A DNA stretch of 64,000 nucleotides, from NCBI GenBank assembly GCA_904063045.1, contig CAJFCJ010000023.1, positions 806,001-870,000 on the forward strand, written 5' to 3'. This stretch comes from Dimorphilus gyrociliatus (lineage: Eukaryota > Animalia > Annelida). Each line of letters begins with the position of its first letter. Positions within the stretch are counted from its first letter, which is position 1. Positions 38,637-53,687 of this stretch are shown here, in pieces. The position numbers and the translations under genes were made by a program. The notes beneath the pieces are model-generated. The model saw only the letters and a list, made by a program, of their open reading frames with translations, did no database searches and was not told the origin of the DNA.

Positions 38637-41600
38637 CAAACAAACAAACAAACAAACAAACAAACGAAGGAGGAGCGTGACCGCCTACTTAAGTAAGGTA
38701 TGCGAGAGAAATCGCCCAAAATAATAATTTTCTATGGAAATATTTATATTCGGAATACTTTTTACAGTTTTATTTGCAAAGACTAACAAATGCGTTCTAA
38801 AATTTAAATATAGCTAAAATAAACAAGCACAGACATGAAGAATTTTTAAAGGTTCAAAAGAATCTAGGATTAATTTTTATAGGTTATTTTTATTAAATCT
38901 TAGGAAAAGAGGTTTTAACTAAATTATACTACTTTTCCCTTTTCATATTATATCTAAAATATCAACAAATAACAATTATAACAATTGCTCCTTTATGTCT
39001 TCGATTTCTCTTTACTGACCTATCTTTAAGTTTTCATTTTTAGTTTTACCCATTCTACCCTTTCTAAGTTGTCTCTTTTTCTTTCTCACATCCAGTGGCA
39101 GACAGTTTTTCTCTTTCTATTTCTCCTTTCTTTACAGAGAGGGAGAGAGAGAAAGAATAGTTTTCGTAAGCGTTGTAATATTTGTATTGAAATGTTTGAA
39201 AACGAGTAAATAAGCGGAATACATAAGGTAATTAAATAGATGCATTGGGCAATGAGAAAAGTCATTGATGATATAATTACCCTTGTTTCACTTAATAAGG
39301 AGAAAGTATTCATTGAAAGTATATTGTTTATAAGTATTTATTATCTAATAATACTAGAGTAGTAGATAGTAAAAGGACTATTTAACACGAACAGTCTATT
39401 TAGTGTGTATAACGTATATATGTAAAAATTGTCGTTTCTTTTCAAATAAAACTTTATACAAATCATTGCTTAAGCTCTTCATTTAAAAAGCAATAATTAT
39501 AGATTCGCATTTATATTCAATAGCTCAAACTCGTCCGTTAATTTACTTGTTAATAATGAGTTAATAGTCGCCTTTTACTAAAAATTTGTCATAAATTCTC
39601 AATAAATAAAACAAATCCAATTCAACAAAAGAGATTAGATTAGCGGTAGACGCTTTTCTTCTTTTCTATTGTTAATACAGTCTATACAGCTCTTGAATTA
39701 TAGAGTATATCAATTTATTTTCCATCGTGCATTACACTTTACAGTTTTACACATTCTGTGTAAATACATAGAAACAAACATCTCGTTCTTTTCATTCTTT
39801 TACAACAGTCATACTCGATTTGGTTCATTTGCCTGTTGAAGCGCCATCTTCTGCTTTTCCGCCAAATTAACGGGAAAACTATACGTATTGTTTGCTGGTT
39901 GATAGATAAATGATAGGAATAGTAAAGATCGGTCATCTGTAAAAAAAAAAACAAAAAAGACATAATTGAAAACAAGATTAAAAGGATTTTTTAGCCTATT
40001 TTAGGAGATAAGTCTGCAGGGCTGTAATAATTAATTGAGATAAAAAGGTGGAGATAAAGAGAGAGAGAGAGAGAGAGGTAGTGAGGCAAACCAAGAAGAA
40101 ATATATAGATAAATAGACAAAGAAAAGATATAAGGTACACAGATAGGCAGACTTAAACATAAAGAATCGAGTAAAGGGAACGGGGTACAGTATAAAATGA
40201 TACAAACGAGCATAATAGATAAAAAGGACGGAGAGCGATTTGAAAAGAGTGAAAAGTTAATAGGATGATAATATGGTAAAAGAGATTTCTTTTGGATGTT
40301 GATAAAAAATTCATAAGAAATTGATGAGCCTAAAATCCTCGTATATATATTATTATAAGAGTGTAAATATAGAATAAAGTAAAAATAAACTTTTCTTTTA
40401 TAGATAGAAATCCTATTTCTATAAAGTAAAAGTTGGAGTTTTTTTCTGTTTTGTTTTTTATTTTCGCTTTTCTCTTGTCTCAAAAGAACGATCGCTACAT
40501 TATTTTTGCCTTTTCACTCTTATTTACTGTTGGCAGTTTAGCTTTTTATTCGGTTTATTGTATTGTTATAGTCCGGAAATTTAGAAAGGATTTTATGACA
40601 GCGATTTTTAGTTGGCGAGTTGCGCTTAAGATTACAACTTCCGTTCACTTTTTGTTCTTTTTTTTTCTCTTTTCCTTAACTTTTTCACTCTTAATTTTCT
40701 ACTTGAAATAGAAAAAAGTTGACGAAATAGAAGAACAAAAGAGACGACCTCTAATTTAGCCGATTCAGCAAAAAAAAACCGTTAATGATTTTATAATAAA
40801 CTTAAACCTCCCTTCTTTAGCAAACCTCTATTTAAGAAAAAGTTCAACAGCCTCTGAAGAGAAGGTATTTATTTGGAGCTCGAGCATAAAAAGGGCAAAC
40901 TCTAGATCAATTACCAACTTGTAATTGTTGAATGCGGATAAGGAGAGTAAATGACCAAAGTTCTAAAAGGTGTCAAAGATAACTTTACCGCTTGGCTTGG
41001 TATCATTTCAACGAGTGTTTCTCTTTAATAAAAGAGTAAATGCCTTTTTTTACGGCCCCATTGATAATATATATACATATACGTGTGCGTATATATACTG
41101 TATATATACAGTATATTTGTATATTTAACTAAATAATTAAACAAACAAACGATTAAACAGCAAGTATGCTAAATAAACATGGAAATTAATTATATAACAG
41201 ACAAAAACATTTTATTATTTAATTAGTTCAACGGAACTCGATTTAAACAGTTTATACTAAATATTCCCCTTTTCTTCTTTCCCTCTTCAACTTTATCTTT
41301 TTCAACCAGTTTATAAAACTTCATAAAAATGGCGTTTAATTTTTTTAGGATAAGATATGACGTCATCAACTACTGTTGAAATGTTTAGAGACGCCGCAGT
41401 CGCTGTGCGGGAGCCGTTTCATTCAACCGGTTAGTACTTTGATGTTTTTTGCGAGTTTCTCTTCCAAGAGCTGAGTAGTTTATTTCTCGTATTTGAGAGG
41501 ATAAACATTCAAATAAGGAGTTTACAAGCATGTATTTCCTTTATTCTTTTTTTTTTCCTCTTTTCTCTTGTTTTCGTTAGGAAAGTTGAAGATAAAGCAA

Positions 41601-44600
41601 TTAATCCAAAATTGTTACGGCAATTTTGTTTGTTTGTTTGTTTTGTTACACCTATATGTAGATATTGAAGAGAACTCAATTATATCATGTAATTAATCTT
41701 GAAAAAAACCTGTTTAGTTTCTTTTTTTCTCCTTTTCTTCTTTGTTTTTCTATTTCCTCTTTCCTTAATTGGAGACACGACGAAAGAGAATAAGGTAAAG
41801 ATGATTGGTGTGTAGAGAGAATAAGGAGGAAGGAGAAGAAGACGGAGAAAATTTTTTTTTATTACCTTGTAAAGTAAATCGGGAAAGTAATAAACAACTT
41901 TTGACTTGTGTCTTTGTCAAATCAACACATTTCAAAGAAGTTTGATCTTTGAAAAAGTTACCTATAAAATGCCCAATTTACAGTATACAGTGTATATATA
42001 TATAGATACTCTACGTATCATCTGTAGATATCACGTTTAAGAAATATAGGCTTTTTTATTATTCGCTTACATGTTTCTGTTCCTTCTTTACTGTCTGCAT
42101 CCTCGCCTCATCTCTTTTTTCTCTTAGAAAAAAAAGTGTCAAAAACGTCTGTTAACCCTTTCAAAGTATACTTTCAAACAATATAGACGTGAAAACGGTT
42201 GGTTAAAAATAGAGAATTTTTAGAATATAACGATAAAAGTAAACTCTTTTCACAAGTTTTCACAACTAATACACGTAAATCTACTTTTGTGGAAGATAAA
42301 TCTGGGTTAGGGACTTTTTTTATTTCTTTACTTTAACTTTAAATAGAAGAAGAATTCTTCAAATGTACTTTTTCTATTTCCTTTCGTCTTCTCCCCTCCA
42401 CACCTTCGTCACCTTTTAGCGAAAACTTTATAAACTCTTATATTTTCATTGTAGTCTTTATGTAGTTGTTAACTCGTTCAAAATCAATTCTTGTTATTGA
42501 GATCAGTTCTATATTTAGATTTCCATTATATGCATGTTATATATATATATAAAAGCACTTGTGCGTATAATGTAGGAATACTTGTACGAAGTGTAAAGTT
42601 GTGTCTATTAGAAAGTCTCCGGCGCCAAAGTCATCGCGACTCGTTCCCCTCTTTGAAAGTATTGTCATATTGTTTGTACACTTTTCTTGTATTATAATAA
42701 CTACTTTCCTGCTACGAGATTGCTTGATCTTCCAGTACAAACCTGTGTAAGATAATTGAAAATGAAAGGCTAATAAGCATAGCTATAAATATATACAAAT
42801 GTTATAATTAAGTATATTGTTATTTGTATGGCCTTTAAAGAAGCATCTGTTGTAAGAGAGGAATTCGTTTAAAGTTGGTGTACTTTTCGTGTAATTATCT
42901 GAAGAAAGAGAAATATTTTAACAATTAGATATTAATTGTTCGTTTTTTCTCTTTCTTGCTAATTTCTTCGTTCATCTCATCTATATTTGTAATATAAAGT
43001 CTATATATTGCGTTGGATTATAAGCACTCTACCACACGTCTATAGATATTTATAATTCTTTTTTATTATATATATATATACCATGTATTTCTACAATGCA
43101 CACATCTTCTGTGCTATAACCTAGATCTATACGACTCCTATCTATACATATATACAATATATTTATATATACAGTATATATGTTTTCACTATTTCTATTA
43201 TTACTCTGTATATAAAAATGATGATTATAGGCCTCGAAAAAGGTCTTTTGAAGTAAATCACGAATTAGGAAGAATGCATGCTGCGCTACTCCTTCCTTTA
43301 ATTCTGCCTGTAGTCATTATCTGTGTCAGCATGCGACTATTTTTGTACGACTAACGATCACGTGATAACTCTAATTTCGTCGCTGCCGATTATGTACTTT
43401 GAATAGTTAAATTATTGTATGACATTACATAATTACAAATTTCAAAAGAATTCTCTATATTAAGGGAGGGAAAGAGGGGTGGAAAGGAGCAGGAAAGAGA
43501 AAAGTATAGCTTTGGAATAAGAGCGTTTTAGAGGTAGAGAGCTGGAGGGAGGGAGGGAGGGAGGCAGAGAAAGAAAGAGAGAGGGAGGGAGGGAGGGAGG
43601 GAGGGAGGGAGGGAGGGGGAGAGCGCGATAAATCAGGAAGAAAAATAAAGGTTAAAGAAATTTGATTTATAGGGCTTTAAGAGACAATTAAAAGATAAAT
43701 ATTGTAGGGCGAAATTGAAAGCTCGTACATAGCCGAGGGATTAATAATGAAGGGCAAACGTGGCTCTATCAAGTCCATGAAGAAAGCTAATGATAGACAT
43801 CATTTAAATCGTTATCAAAGAGAGAAATACAATAGTTATCGATAGTTTGTGAGAGAAAAATGAGTTATTATCAATAATTAGTTGAATTACTAATTAAGCG
43901 CCGCGATCCTTTTAATTGCTTATACAGCATATCAAACTTTTTCAAAAGAACTCCCGCTATAGCTCTTTTCCCTATGAAAGTAAGTAAATCTTTCGTAAGA
44001 TCCCCCGCGTCTTGACTATTGGATTATTTTTTCACTCCAACTGCAAAATCAGCAAAATTTTTCTCCCATCTTCGAATCCATAGAAAGTAATTCCTTCTCC
44101 AGCACCTTTCCCCAGAGGAGTTTGAAAAAGAAAAGAGAAGTTGAGTAAAGAGAGCAGTTTAAATTGACTATATAGACATTCTATTAGAATGATATTCAAA
44201 TCCATCTAGCAGCCCCAAGCTTTTAAGCTTATTAATAAAGGTAATGATAGGAATCCGTTTTTAAATTTAGTTAAAAAAAACTTCCATCTATGCTTTCTTA
44301 TCAATTTTCAATCTGTTACACCTGAGAAGTGAGAGAGAGAGAGAGAGAGAGAGAGACTTAAAGGAAACTGGAAAACATTAGTGAGAAACAACGAATTGTA
44401 TACTGCTTGTTTAGAGTACTTAACATGTGTGAGATTAGGCGAGTTACCGGTATACGCGGATGAAAGGGAAAGACAGACAAGAGCTAATACAAACGTAAAA
44501 TGAAGATAAAAGAAGCAGGCGCGAATTACAAGTCCTCAATATTAGTTTTTCCCCTCACTAATAACTTTACTACATCTTGCTTAGCGAGAATAAATCAATG

Positions 44601-45661
44601 ATATTATGAAAATTTTTCCTTTTTATATTGTCATGTTAAAATAGACAAATAGCAGAGATATTTCATTTTTTCTTTTACGAATACAACATGAAGAAGGTAA
44701 GCACTTCGCGTCACATCTGACAAGGAAACGATGGCGCAATTAAAACCCTCAGTAGGGAGTCAGTGTCCAGTTTTTTTTTGCGAATAAATCCAATTAGATT
44801 CTTCTCTCCCTACCTATGCATGATTTTGCTCGGAGACAGTTAATCTTGTATAAATTTAGTCAACCATTCCCTTTCTCTTCCGGAAAAAGCAAAGAAGAAA
44901 GTTATACACATTTTAGGTCTTGTTTCAAAAACTTAATATTTCATTTACAACACTCAAAACTACTTTAAACTAACACTTTGTATGCGCCAGAAATGAAAAG
45001 AGAAATAGCAACTAGATGGCGTTTCGGAGCCAGTTTTTCCACATTATTAAAAGCGAGATATTGTGCAAAGTTTGCGATTCAAGCTGACAGAAAAAAGTTA
45101 TTTTTTAGCCGACAATTAGAGACATCTATTTTCTCAGTCTCATTCGCTATTGCAACCGCCCGGAACCTAACGTCCTCATCATTTTAACCATCTCTCTCTT
45201 TTATTTAAGTAAAGTAGATAACTTTTTTACTATTCAAATCTATTATAAGCAATTCAACTCTAATCTTTCATTTGAGAAGCATAAAAAAGCTGAGGAAGAA
45301 GAAGTAGAAGAAACAGAAAAAGATGATAATTATTGAGTTTTGCTGGCAGATTTTACCATATTTCTCATTGAAATACAAAAACAAACCAGCGAACGTCTAA
45401 AATTAAATTATTGCAAATTGCTTTGTATTGGAATATTTTGGAATGTTTTACTTTATGTATTTTTTTCATTTCATTCATTCGTTCATTCGTTCATTCATTC
45501 TTTATTTCATTATTTCGTATTTTCTTAATCATTAAATAAAGTTGTTATTATTCTAATATATATGTCTATATATATGTCTATATATATATATATATATTTA
45601 TTTATTTATTTATATAAACATACTTTTTTTCTGTTTCAGGGTCAGAGAATTATCAAATATC

Positions 45662-46184
45662 ATGCGCTGTATTCTAGCATGTTTAGCTGTTCTTCTTGTT
45701 GAGGCATCATTTGCAAATTTCGCTCCACCGTATCCCATTCAGGACATGGACCCAGAACACGGATGTTTATTCGCTTGTTATGGCTGTTACAAGTCACAGG
45801 TTACTTAATATTTTCTTTATTTATGTTAGCGAGTAAAAATAATAAAAGACAAAGGCTGGGAGAGAGTTATTTTCGGTACAAGGAAGAAAAAATTTTTTCC
45901 TCTTCCTTTTTCGGCCAGAGAAAATAGCTGTTTCCTAGTTTGATAAGAATATAATTGTTCTCATTGTTAGTGTACTCCTTTAATAAAAACATATATATAT
46001 ATATATACTATATATATATATATATATATATATGTATTGAATACAGTCGGAAAAGATTTTGTTGGAGTGCGCTAACCATATTTGCACTGTGGGTTTGATG
46101 ACTGGAACGATTCATAGAAGATGGTTTCACACGTGTCCCGATCTAAAAGTAGTGTTCGATTCGAAATTTAATCAATTAAGTTGA
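45662..46184 (+). CDS. 2-coding-exon 91-aa secreted six-cysteine peptide, eclosion-hormone-like
   Basis: Exon 45662-45799 (MRCILACLAVLLVEASFA|NFAPPYPIQDMDPEHGCLFACYGCYKSQ, donor gttact) plus exon 46047-46184 (acag|SEKILLECANHICTVGLMTGTIHRRWFHTCPDLKVVFDSKFNQLS*), phase 0. The mature region has C-x3-C-x2-C-x11-C-x4-C-x16-C. An acceptor at 45639 implies an upstream non-coding exon. Confidence 0.72.
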
Positions 46185-48646
46185 AGAGAGAAGAGTGAAA
46201 AATAAAGTCAATAAGAAATAAGAAGGACGAATGGTAAAACTTTTATTTATCATTTTCTTCTTTAATTGATAAAATGATAAAAAAATGAAAAAAAAGATAA
46301 ATATTAAAAGAGAGAAATTGTAAAAATTGTATAATGAAAACAATACAAAAGAGAGAAAATTCCTAAATATTTTAGTTATATGATCAAAATGAAATAAATA
46401 TCTTCCTTGAAAACCAATCATTGTATTTTACTAAATATTTTATCCGTTCCTTCCTCCTTCTGCTCTTAATATACTGGCTTTCTTGCTTACTCGCCTACTT
46501 TTATTCCTCCTACTCTTTTTCTCTCTCTCTTCCTTCTTCTATTTCTACATTTTCATCAATTTTGTTAAATCATTCATGTTGCTAGTCTCATCACTAATTT
46601 ATCAATAAACCTCTTTTTCTAATTTCCTCCTTCATTTCTCTTCGTATTTGCTCAGACGTTCGGCGCCATTTATATGATCTATACCGAGAAAACTTTTGGA
46701 AAAAGAAGAAGAGAAAGACAAGATGTAGATAGATAAATTGATAGACAGATAGAAAGAAGGAAAAGGAGTAGGAAAGGTGAAAAAAAAGTAAGAAATAAAC
46801 ACTGGAACAATGAAAAATATGAGAATATCACCACTTTCGTGTTTTTTCTCATTTTAGAAGAAAAATAGAGATGAGAATAAAAATCTTTCACTTTTCTCTC
46901 ACAGCCGTGTTTTTTAGCACTGCAGTGATAATTAATTAAGCAACCCTATCCCTGTACAATAACAGTAAGATGAGCAAGGTACGCTGGAAAGATCTACTAT
47001 CAAAAAGGACAACCGAGTAATAAACTTTTCAATTCTTAGACTCAGCAGCGTTTTGTCCCTTCAATTTGATTTGTCTTTCAAAGGAAAGAGTAGAAATTGA
47101 ATTATTGGCAAATAGTTTAAATTGTTATTAAATGCGTGGGAGCTGTTACAGTTAAAAACTGACTGACACTATCCTGATACGAATGCCAAAAAATTGTAGA
47201 TAGATATATACAGTACTTAGTATATATCTTAGAAAAGAATGGACAATGTTCATTTTGAAATACTATCATGTTCAAAAAAGAATAAAGACAATCTTTAACT
47301 CATTTTTAGGACATTGAAGGTACAGTATTTCTTTTCTTTGTAAATCTCTCTATATCTCAAATAATAGAGTTCTTTTTCTTTTTCTTTCTTCGAACTCCCT
47401 TCCGAGTACACTCTTTTTCGATATAATAACAAAGAGGGGAGGTACTTTCTAACAAAAGAAGGAGTATGGTAGGTAGACGAGTCAATAAAAGCATTTAAAT
47501 GGCATTAGAGGTAATCAGAAAAAGGGAGAAATGATCATTAACATCTATCCATAATTGTGAACCTCACAATGGACTTACTTTTGAAGCTGCAAAAAGCCCA
47601 AAATGCAGCAATTTACTATTTCAGAATCCTACGCTAAGCAAGGGATAATTTCATAATAAAAAGAGAAATACATAGAGTATGCTTAAACATTTTTAGACTC
47701 TTTCTCGCATTTGAGAGAATGCTGAATATGATCTATTTATCTTATTCTACAAAATGAATTAAGAGAGGGAGATGTTGATTCTGTGATGCTATTGTGCTGA
47801 TGCTGCCACTTCTCCTCCTCCTCCTCATCCTCATCACCATTATCATCGCAATGGCAATGAAGGCGAATGTGGCAATCCAATCATAATAAGACTATGACGG
47901 TAGTATCATTGATGATAGAAATCAATGGTTTCATTCTAATTAGATGAAACAGATAGGTATACAAATGAAAATTGGCGCATGTTCTAAAATGGGATACATT
48001 TACCTAGTTCTTTTTTTTATTCTATAACCGATGAAACCACTGAAAAGACAAATTACGCGGAAAAGGACAAACTATTCATAAAAAGAAAAAAAACATTAAA
48101 ACATGACATTTTTTCTTTTCAGCCATTGCCAGGCCAACTGGAACGGCAACATCTGACTGATCAAATGAATGGAGGGAAAATGAAAAAATATGAATAAAAA
48201 TAGGGTAGGAACAAAAGCCAACATGCCACGTCGAGTGGTATTTTGGTCGAGTAATAATGATAAACCAGTTTTGGCAGCGTGAAAAGATATTGGAAGTCTT
48301 GGCGTGTGTTCTCATTTTTAACCATATACAATAGGCCTTTGTCTAATTGTACTTAAAATATAAGGTGTTGTTTACTTGCACGAAGATAAACATTTTGTGT
48401 CTGAAGAGAATTATATACATACATATATACATAATACATAAACTGTATGCATGCTTTTCTTCGGACATATGTGTATGTGTGTATGTGTGTGTGTTTGTCT
48501 TTGTTATTTTCACTGATCTTTCAGATAGTCTCTCTGTAAATGATTCCAATAAAAATGAGCTTATTTTTATCGATATTCCAATAACAACTGCTGTTTGCAA
48601 CTGGTTGGTGTACTCTTTTTTTTCCTTGTATTCTTCTTTTTTGCCG

Positions 48647-48690
<44 letters not shown>

Positions 48691-49185
48691 ACCAACTGCC
48701 CCCTCCCCTTCCCTCCTCCTACGCCATTCCTCCCTATTTTGCTCTCCGACTACAATTCACGCTAACATAATCAGCGAAATTAAGAAAGAATATAATAGGA
48801 GAAAAACATATTTCACAGCATCTGTCATTAGCGGTAGATTATTTTTCCTCAAATGCGAATGCTTCTTCAGAACAGCGCCAAGTCTACGCGTAAGAAACCA
48901 CCTATAGATGCTGTCATCTAAAAAAGATGAAGTTGTCAAAGTAGAGTGCAAACGCTGCACGGTTATGTAGACTAATTTGCATGCTCAGTCGGTTTGGCGG
49001 TAAAAAAAAATGCGAATCTAAAGAGAAAATGGAATAATTTACGACTATATTCTTAACTTTTATTACACAGTCATCTCCCGCAACTCGTCAGCTCTTTGAT
49101 TATTACCTAAAAATTCCTTCTTTTTAAGTATTTCTGCAGAAAAACAGCTCTAAACGACCTCCAAATGTCCGCAATCGAACGTAGG

Positions 49186-49193
49186 TGACGTCA
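49186..49193. promoter_or_regulatory. Perfect palindromic CRE (TGACGTCA)
   Basis: gTGACGTCAa upstream of the 49267 exon. Another perfect copy lies at 41358-41365. Confidence 0.45.
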
Positions 49194-49266
49194 ATAAATG
49201 CACCTGAAAAATAGCGTCACCATGCATTTTAAATAAGCAGATATAAGCATATAGTTGTAGAAAAAT

Positions 49267-49381
49267 ATGGAGGAAAGACGTCTACCGTCCCCAAATTCGT
49301 TAAATTCGAGTATATCTTCAAATGGTGCCCAAGTTGGCGTGATTCGGACTCTAAGCGCGTCTTCGCCCCGTCAACATCACG
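49267..49381 (+). CDS. Putative first exon of unknown gene (Ser-rich), downstream exons not resolved
   Basis: MEERRLPSPNSLNSSISSNGAQVGVIRTLSASSPRQHH followed by g|gtaaaa (phase 1). A perfect CRE lies 80 nt upstream. I found no convincing phase-matching partner exon. Confidence 0.35.
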
Positions 49382-50047
49382 GTAAAAATTGTACGTTTGC
49401 CTTTTACCTATTTTCTATTTTAATTATTCGCATAAATTTTTCACCCCCCCTGTCTTTTTCATTCTTCTTTCCTTCTCCTTCCCTCTGCCATTTTTATCTC
49501 ATTAATTCTCATCCAGCGTTTCATTCAACTTTTATGGACACTCTAACCCTGGCAGCAAAACAGCAAATAGACAACAAAGAAAAAACAATTAGTTTCAAGT
49601 GTAAATTATAATTTATACGATTTGGCTTTATTTTTCTTTTTTCACGTTTGTTCAAGAACAGAAGTATCTTCCTCCTTTTCTTGCTTCTCTCATTTTTGCC
49701 TCTCATTTCTGTCCCTCCTTCCTCTAGTTTACTCAGGGTTAGAAATATATATATATACAGTATATATACAGTATATTAACATTTTGTTTCATGGAAAAAA
49801 ATCAAAGTCTATAGTATTATTTATCAGTTTTCATAGCAACATCTATCGCCTATCGACTATTCTAAGCGGTAGATGTCGCTAATATACAAGAGCAACTTGG
49901 CTATTATTTCGCCACCTACAGATAGAGTTGACATTTCTATTTTTGATAAATGAATCTTCATTCAAAAAAAGGAACATTTTGTTTGCATTTACATTTCCAC
50001 AATCTATAATATTGAATACATCGTATCTATATGACACGTTAAATAAA

Positions 50048-50464
50048 ATGCCAAAATCAACTTTCCTCCCTCAAGTACCATCGCCGATTATTAACTTTAT
50101 ACATTACCAAACAGCCCATGGTCACGTGCTTATAAGGAAAGACACGCCGAGAGTTTTAGATCTTCCCGTAAAAGTACCATCAAAATGCAAACCAACGTGT
50201 GGCTTTCGAGATTTATATAACATGCATTCTTACAAGATTGAAAAGTCGACCGTAAAACAGAAATACTTGACTGCAGGAACTCAAAATGCAACTGAAATGT
50301 TAATCAACTTGGCTCAGATGAATGGTGGCTATGTAAATATAGGAGATATTCCAACAGAGGTAGCTGAAAAAGTTTTTTCAAAGCATCAAGCAACTAAAGA
50401 AAGTGCAAGAACGACTTACGATAAATGTGTATGTTGGTTGAACGCTATTTCATTATCTCCGTGA
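50048..50464 (+). CDS. Hypothetical protein (138 aa from ATG 50048; may have upstream exons)
   Basis: Non-repetitive, normal-composition frame MPKSTFLPQVPSPIINF…TEMLINLAQMNGGYVNIGDIPTEVAEKVFSKHQATKESARTTYDKCVCWLNAISLSP* within track ORF 49928-50464. No domain recognised. Confidence 0.6.
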   Translation: MPKSTFLPQVPSPIINFIHYQTAHGHVLIRKDTPRVLDLPVKVPSKCKPTCGFRDLYNMHSYKIEKSTVKQKYLTAGTQNATEMLINLAQMNGGYVNIGDIPTEVAEKVFSKHQATKESARTTYDKCVCWLNAISLSP

Positions 50465-51936
50465 ACCATAAATCATAGACAGAGCGATAAAACCAAACAA
50501 ATAAAAACAAATAGAATAGTTTTTTTTTTTTAAAAAAAAAATATAAACTAAAATTTTACTTTATCTTTTTATTATTAGCTTATTATTACTTCCATTTTAC
50601 TTTAATTTGTTGTTTTGTTTGTTTTAACTTTTTTCTTTAAAAAAACAAAAAAAGTGAAGATGAATAACAAAAAAAAAAGGAAAAGAAACCAAAACAAAAA
50701 AATATTCATTTCTGCTTCGTTAACGGCCATAAAATGCTTTCTCGTAAAGCGTTCCGCATGGTGGATTTCGCCTCATTTTGGCGCACTTGTGTGTTTATCA
50801 GGCGCTGATACGATAATGAATGTAGTTTAGCGTATTTGCTTGCTTGTTTGCGGGAAATTGACATTTTTCCTCTTTTCATTTGCGTATTATTGTGTAATTT
50901 ACGTTATGGAAATATATGAGACGCAACCGTCCCTTTATTATAGCAGAAGCCGTAAATTCAAGTTGATATACCGAGGAAAATTGCCATAAATCGGCTACAG
51001 TCTATCTTCAAAGGCTAATTTTCGGATTATTGAAGGGAAATGATGAGACCGTGTTAGAATGCGACCGTCTGCTTGTTTAATTCGTGATCTTCCTACTGTC
51101 TTTTCCACATGATAAAGCAAACGTCTAACTCATTATTACTAATAGACAATCAAGCGCAACAAGAGCACCGCAAAAAGTCAGAAAATGGCACGAATTTACT
51201 GAGCTATAGTGTCCATTCGTGACTAACGATTTATTTAATACGCTTCAATAAACAAACAGACTGCAATACAAAAGATGTGAAAATTTAATTTATGTAGCTT
51301 GTTCAAATTTATTCAATGAGTCTTTAAAAAAAAAATAGACTAGTGTTTTATATTCCTTTCTCTCGAACGATTTCTTCCCTCATCTTCCTTCCCTATTCCC
51401 TCCCTCTCTTCCCTTCTCTAAATTTCTATCCCTTTACTTTTCAACTTTTTTTTTATCATAAAAAATAATACCGTAATTTTCTTTCTCTTTACTCGAAAGT
51501 CGACTACCTACGTCATACATTCGACTTATTCTCCACCTCCTCTTCCTCCTCAACTCCTCTTCTATTATTATTAACTACCTAATTATCATGCTCTCTACTG
51601 TGTTCATAATGTATAGAAAATATCCGACAAATTTTCTCTTTCCTTCGCCCCCCTACCTTCTATTAAATTCCCTTCAGGTTATGGCTCGTGACACGTGTAG
51701 TGAGTTTCATCAAAATCTGTTGGTGGTATACCAAATTGGTTTGCTAGTTAAGCGTTAAAAAAGTGTTCAATAATCTCTTGAATATAAAGTTTTTGAATAG
51801 CCTGAAAGTTTTTCGTCAAATTCATATTTTTACATGAATTAGTAAACAAGTTTGCCAAATTGTTAATTGTTTGTTAAATTGCTTCTCTTCCGTTTTACGG
51901 CTACGAGGAAAAAGTTACAAACAAACAAAAGGAAAC

Positions 51937-51974
<38 letters not shown>

Positions 51975-52284
51975 CAGACAAACAGACAGACGGAGAATTT
52001 AAAAATAAGGGCGTCTAATTTTGTGAAATCTGTTCTTTTTGGATTTAAAAATAGAGCTACAAATCAAGAGTAAAAGATTTTTAATTGCAGAAATTAAAGA
52101 AAAATCGCTTAGTGCTAAAATCATCGTAAAACACTCTAATTTACACATAACACTCTTAATACAGCCGCTTTCCGCTTCAACACTTTTGCTCATTAAGCTA
52201 ACAAGTACAGCCTCTCTTTCTATAACACACTTACCATCTTAATCACCCTTTAATTACCCTCTCAACACCGCCGAATCTATTTGG

Positions 52285-52307
52285 CCAATCAGCTACGAGT
52301 TGGGCGG
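52285..52307 (+). promoter_or_regulatory. CCAAT box plus GC box upstream of the homeobox gene
   Basis: ggCCAATcag (52285) and tGGGCGGag (52302), about 250 nt upstream of the ATG at 52547. Confidence 0.45.
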
Positions 52308-52546
52308 AGTCAGCTTCGTGTAATCTCTATGGGGGGTCATTTAATTCTCGCTGCATTTCTAAGTTCTTATCTCTATCGTTTATTTGGCGGCGGTGAAACA
52401 GTATCATTTGTTTATTTAGAAACTTATCTTGTTTAAGGAAGATGTTTAAATTGTTTGGGAAAACAGAGGTAGCTTAATTAGCAATTTAGAAATGGTTGCC
52501 TTGTAAAAATTTTCTTATTGCCTCTGGCCGGCTTCTTTGTGCTTAG

Positions 52547-53687
<1,141 letters not shown>

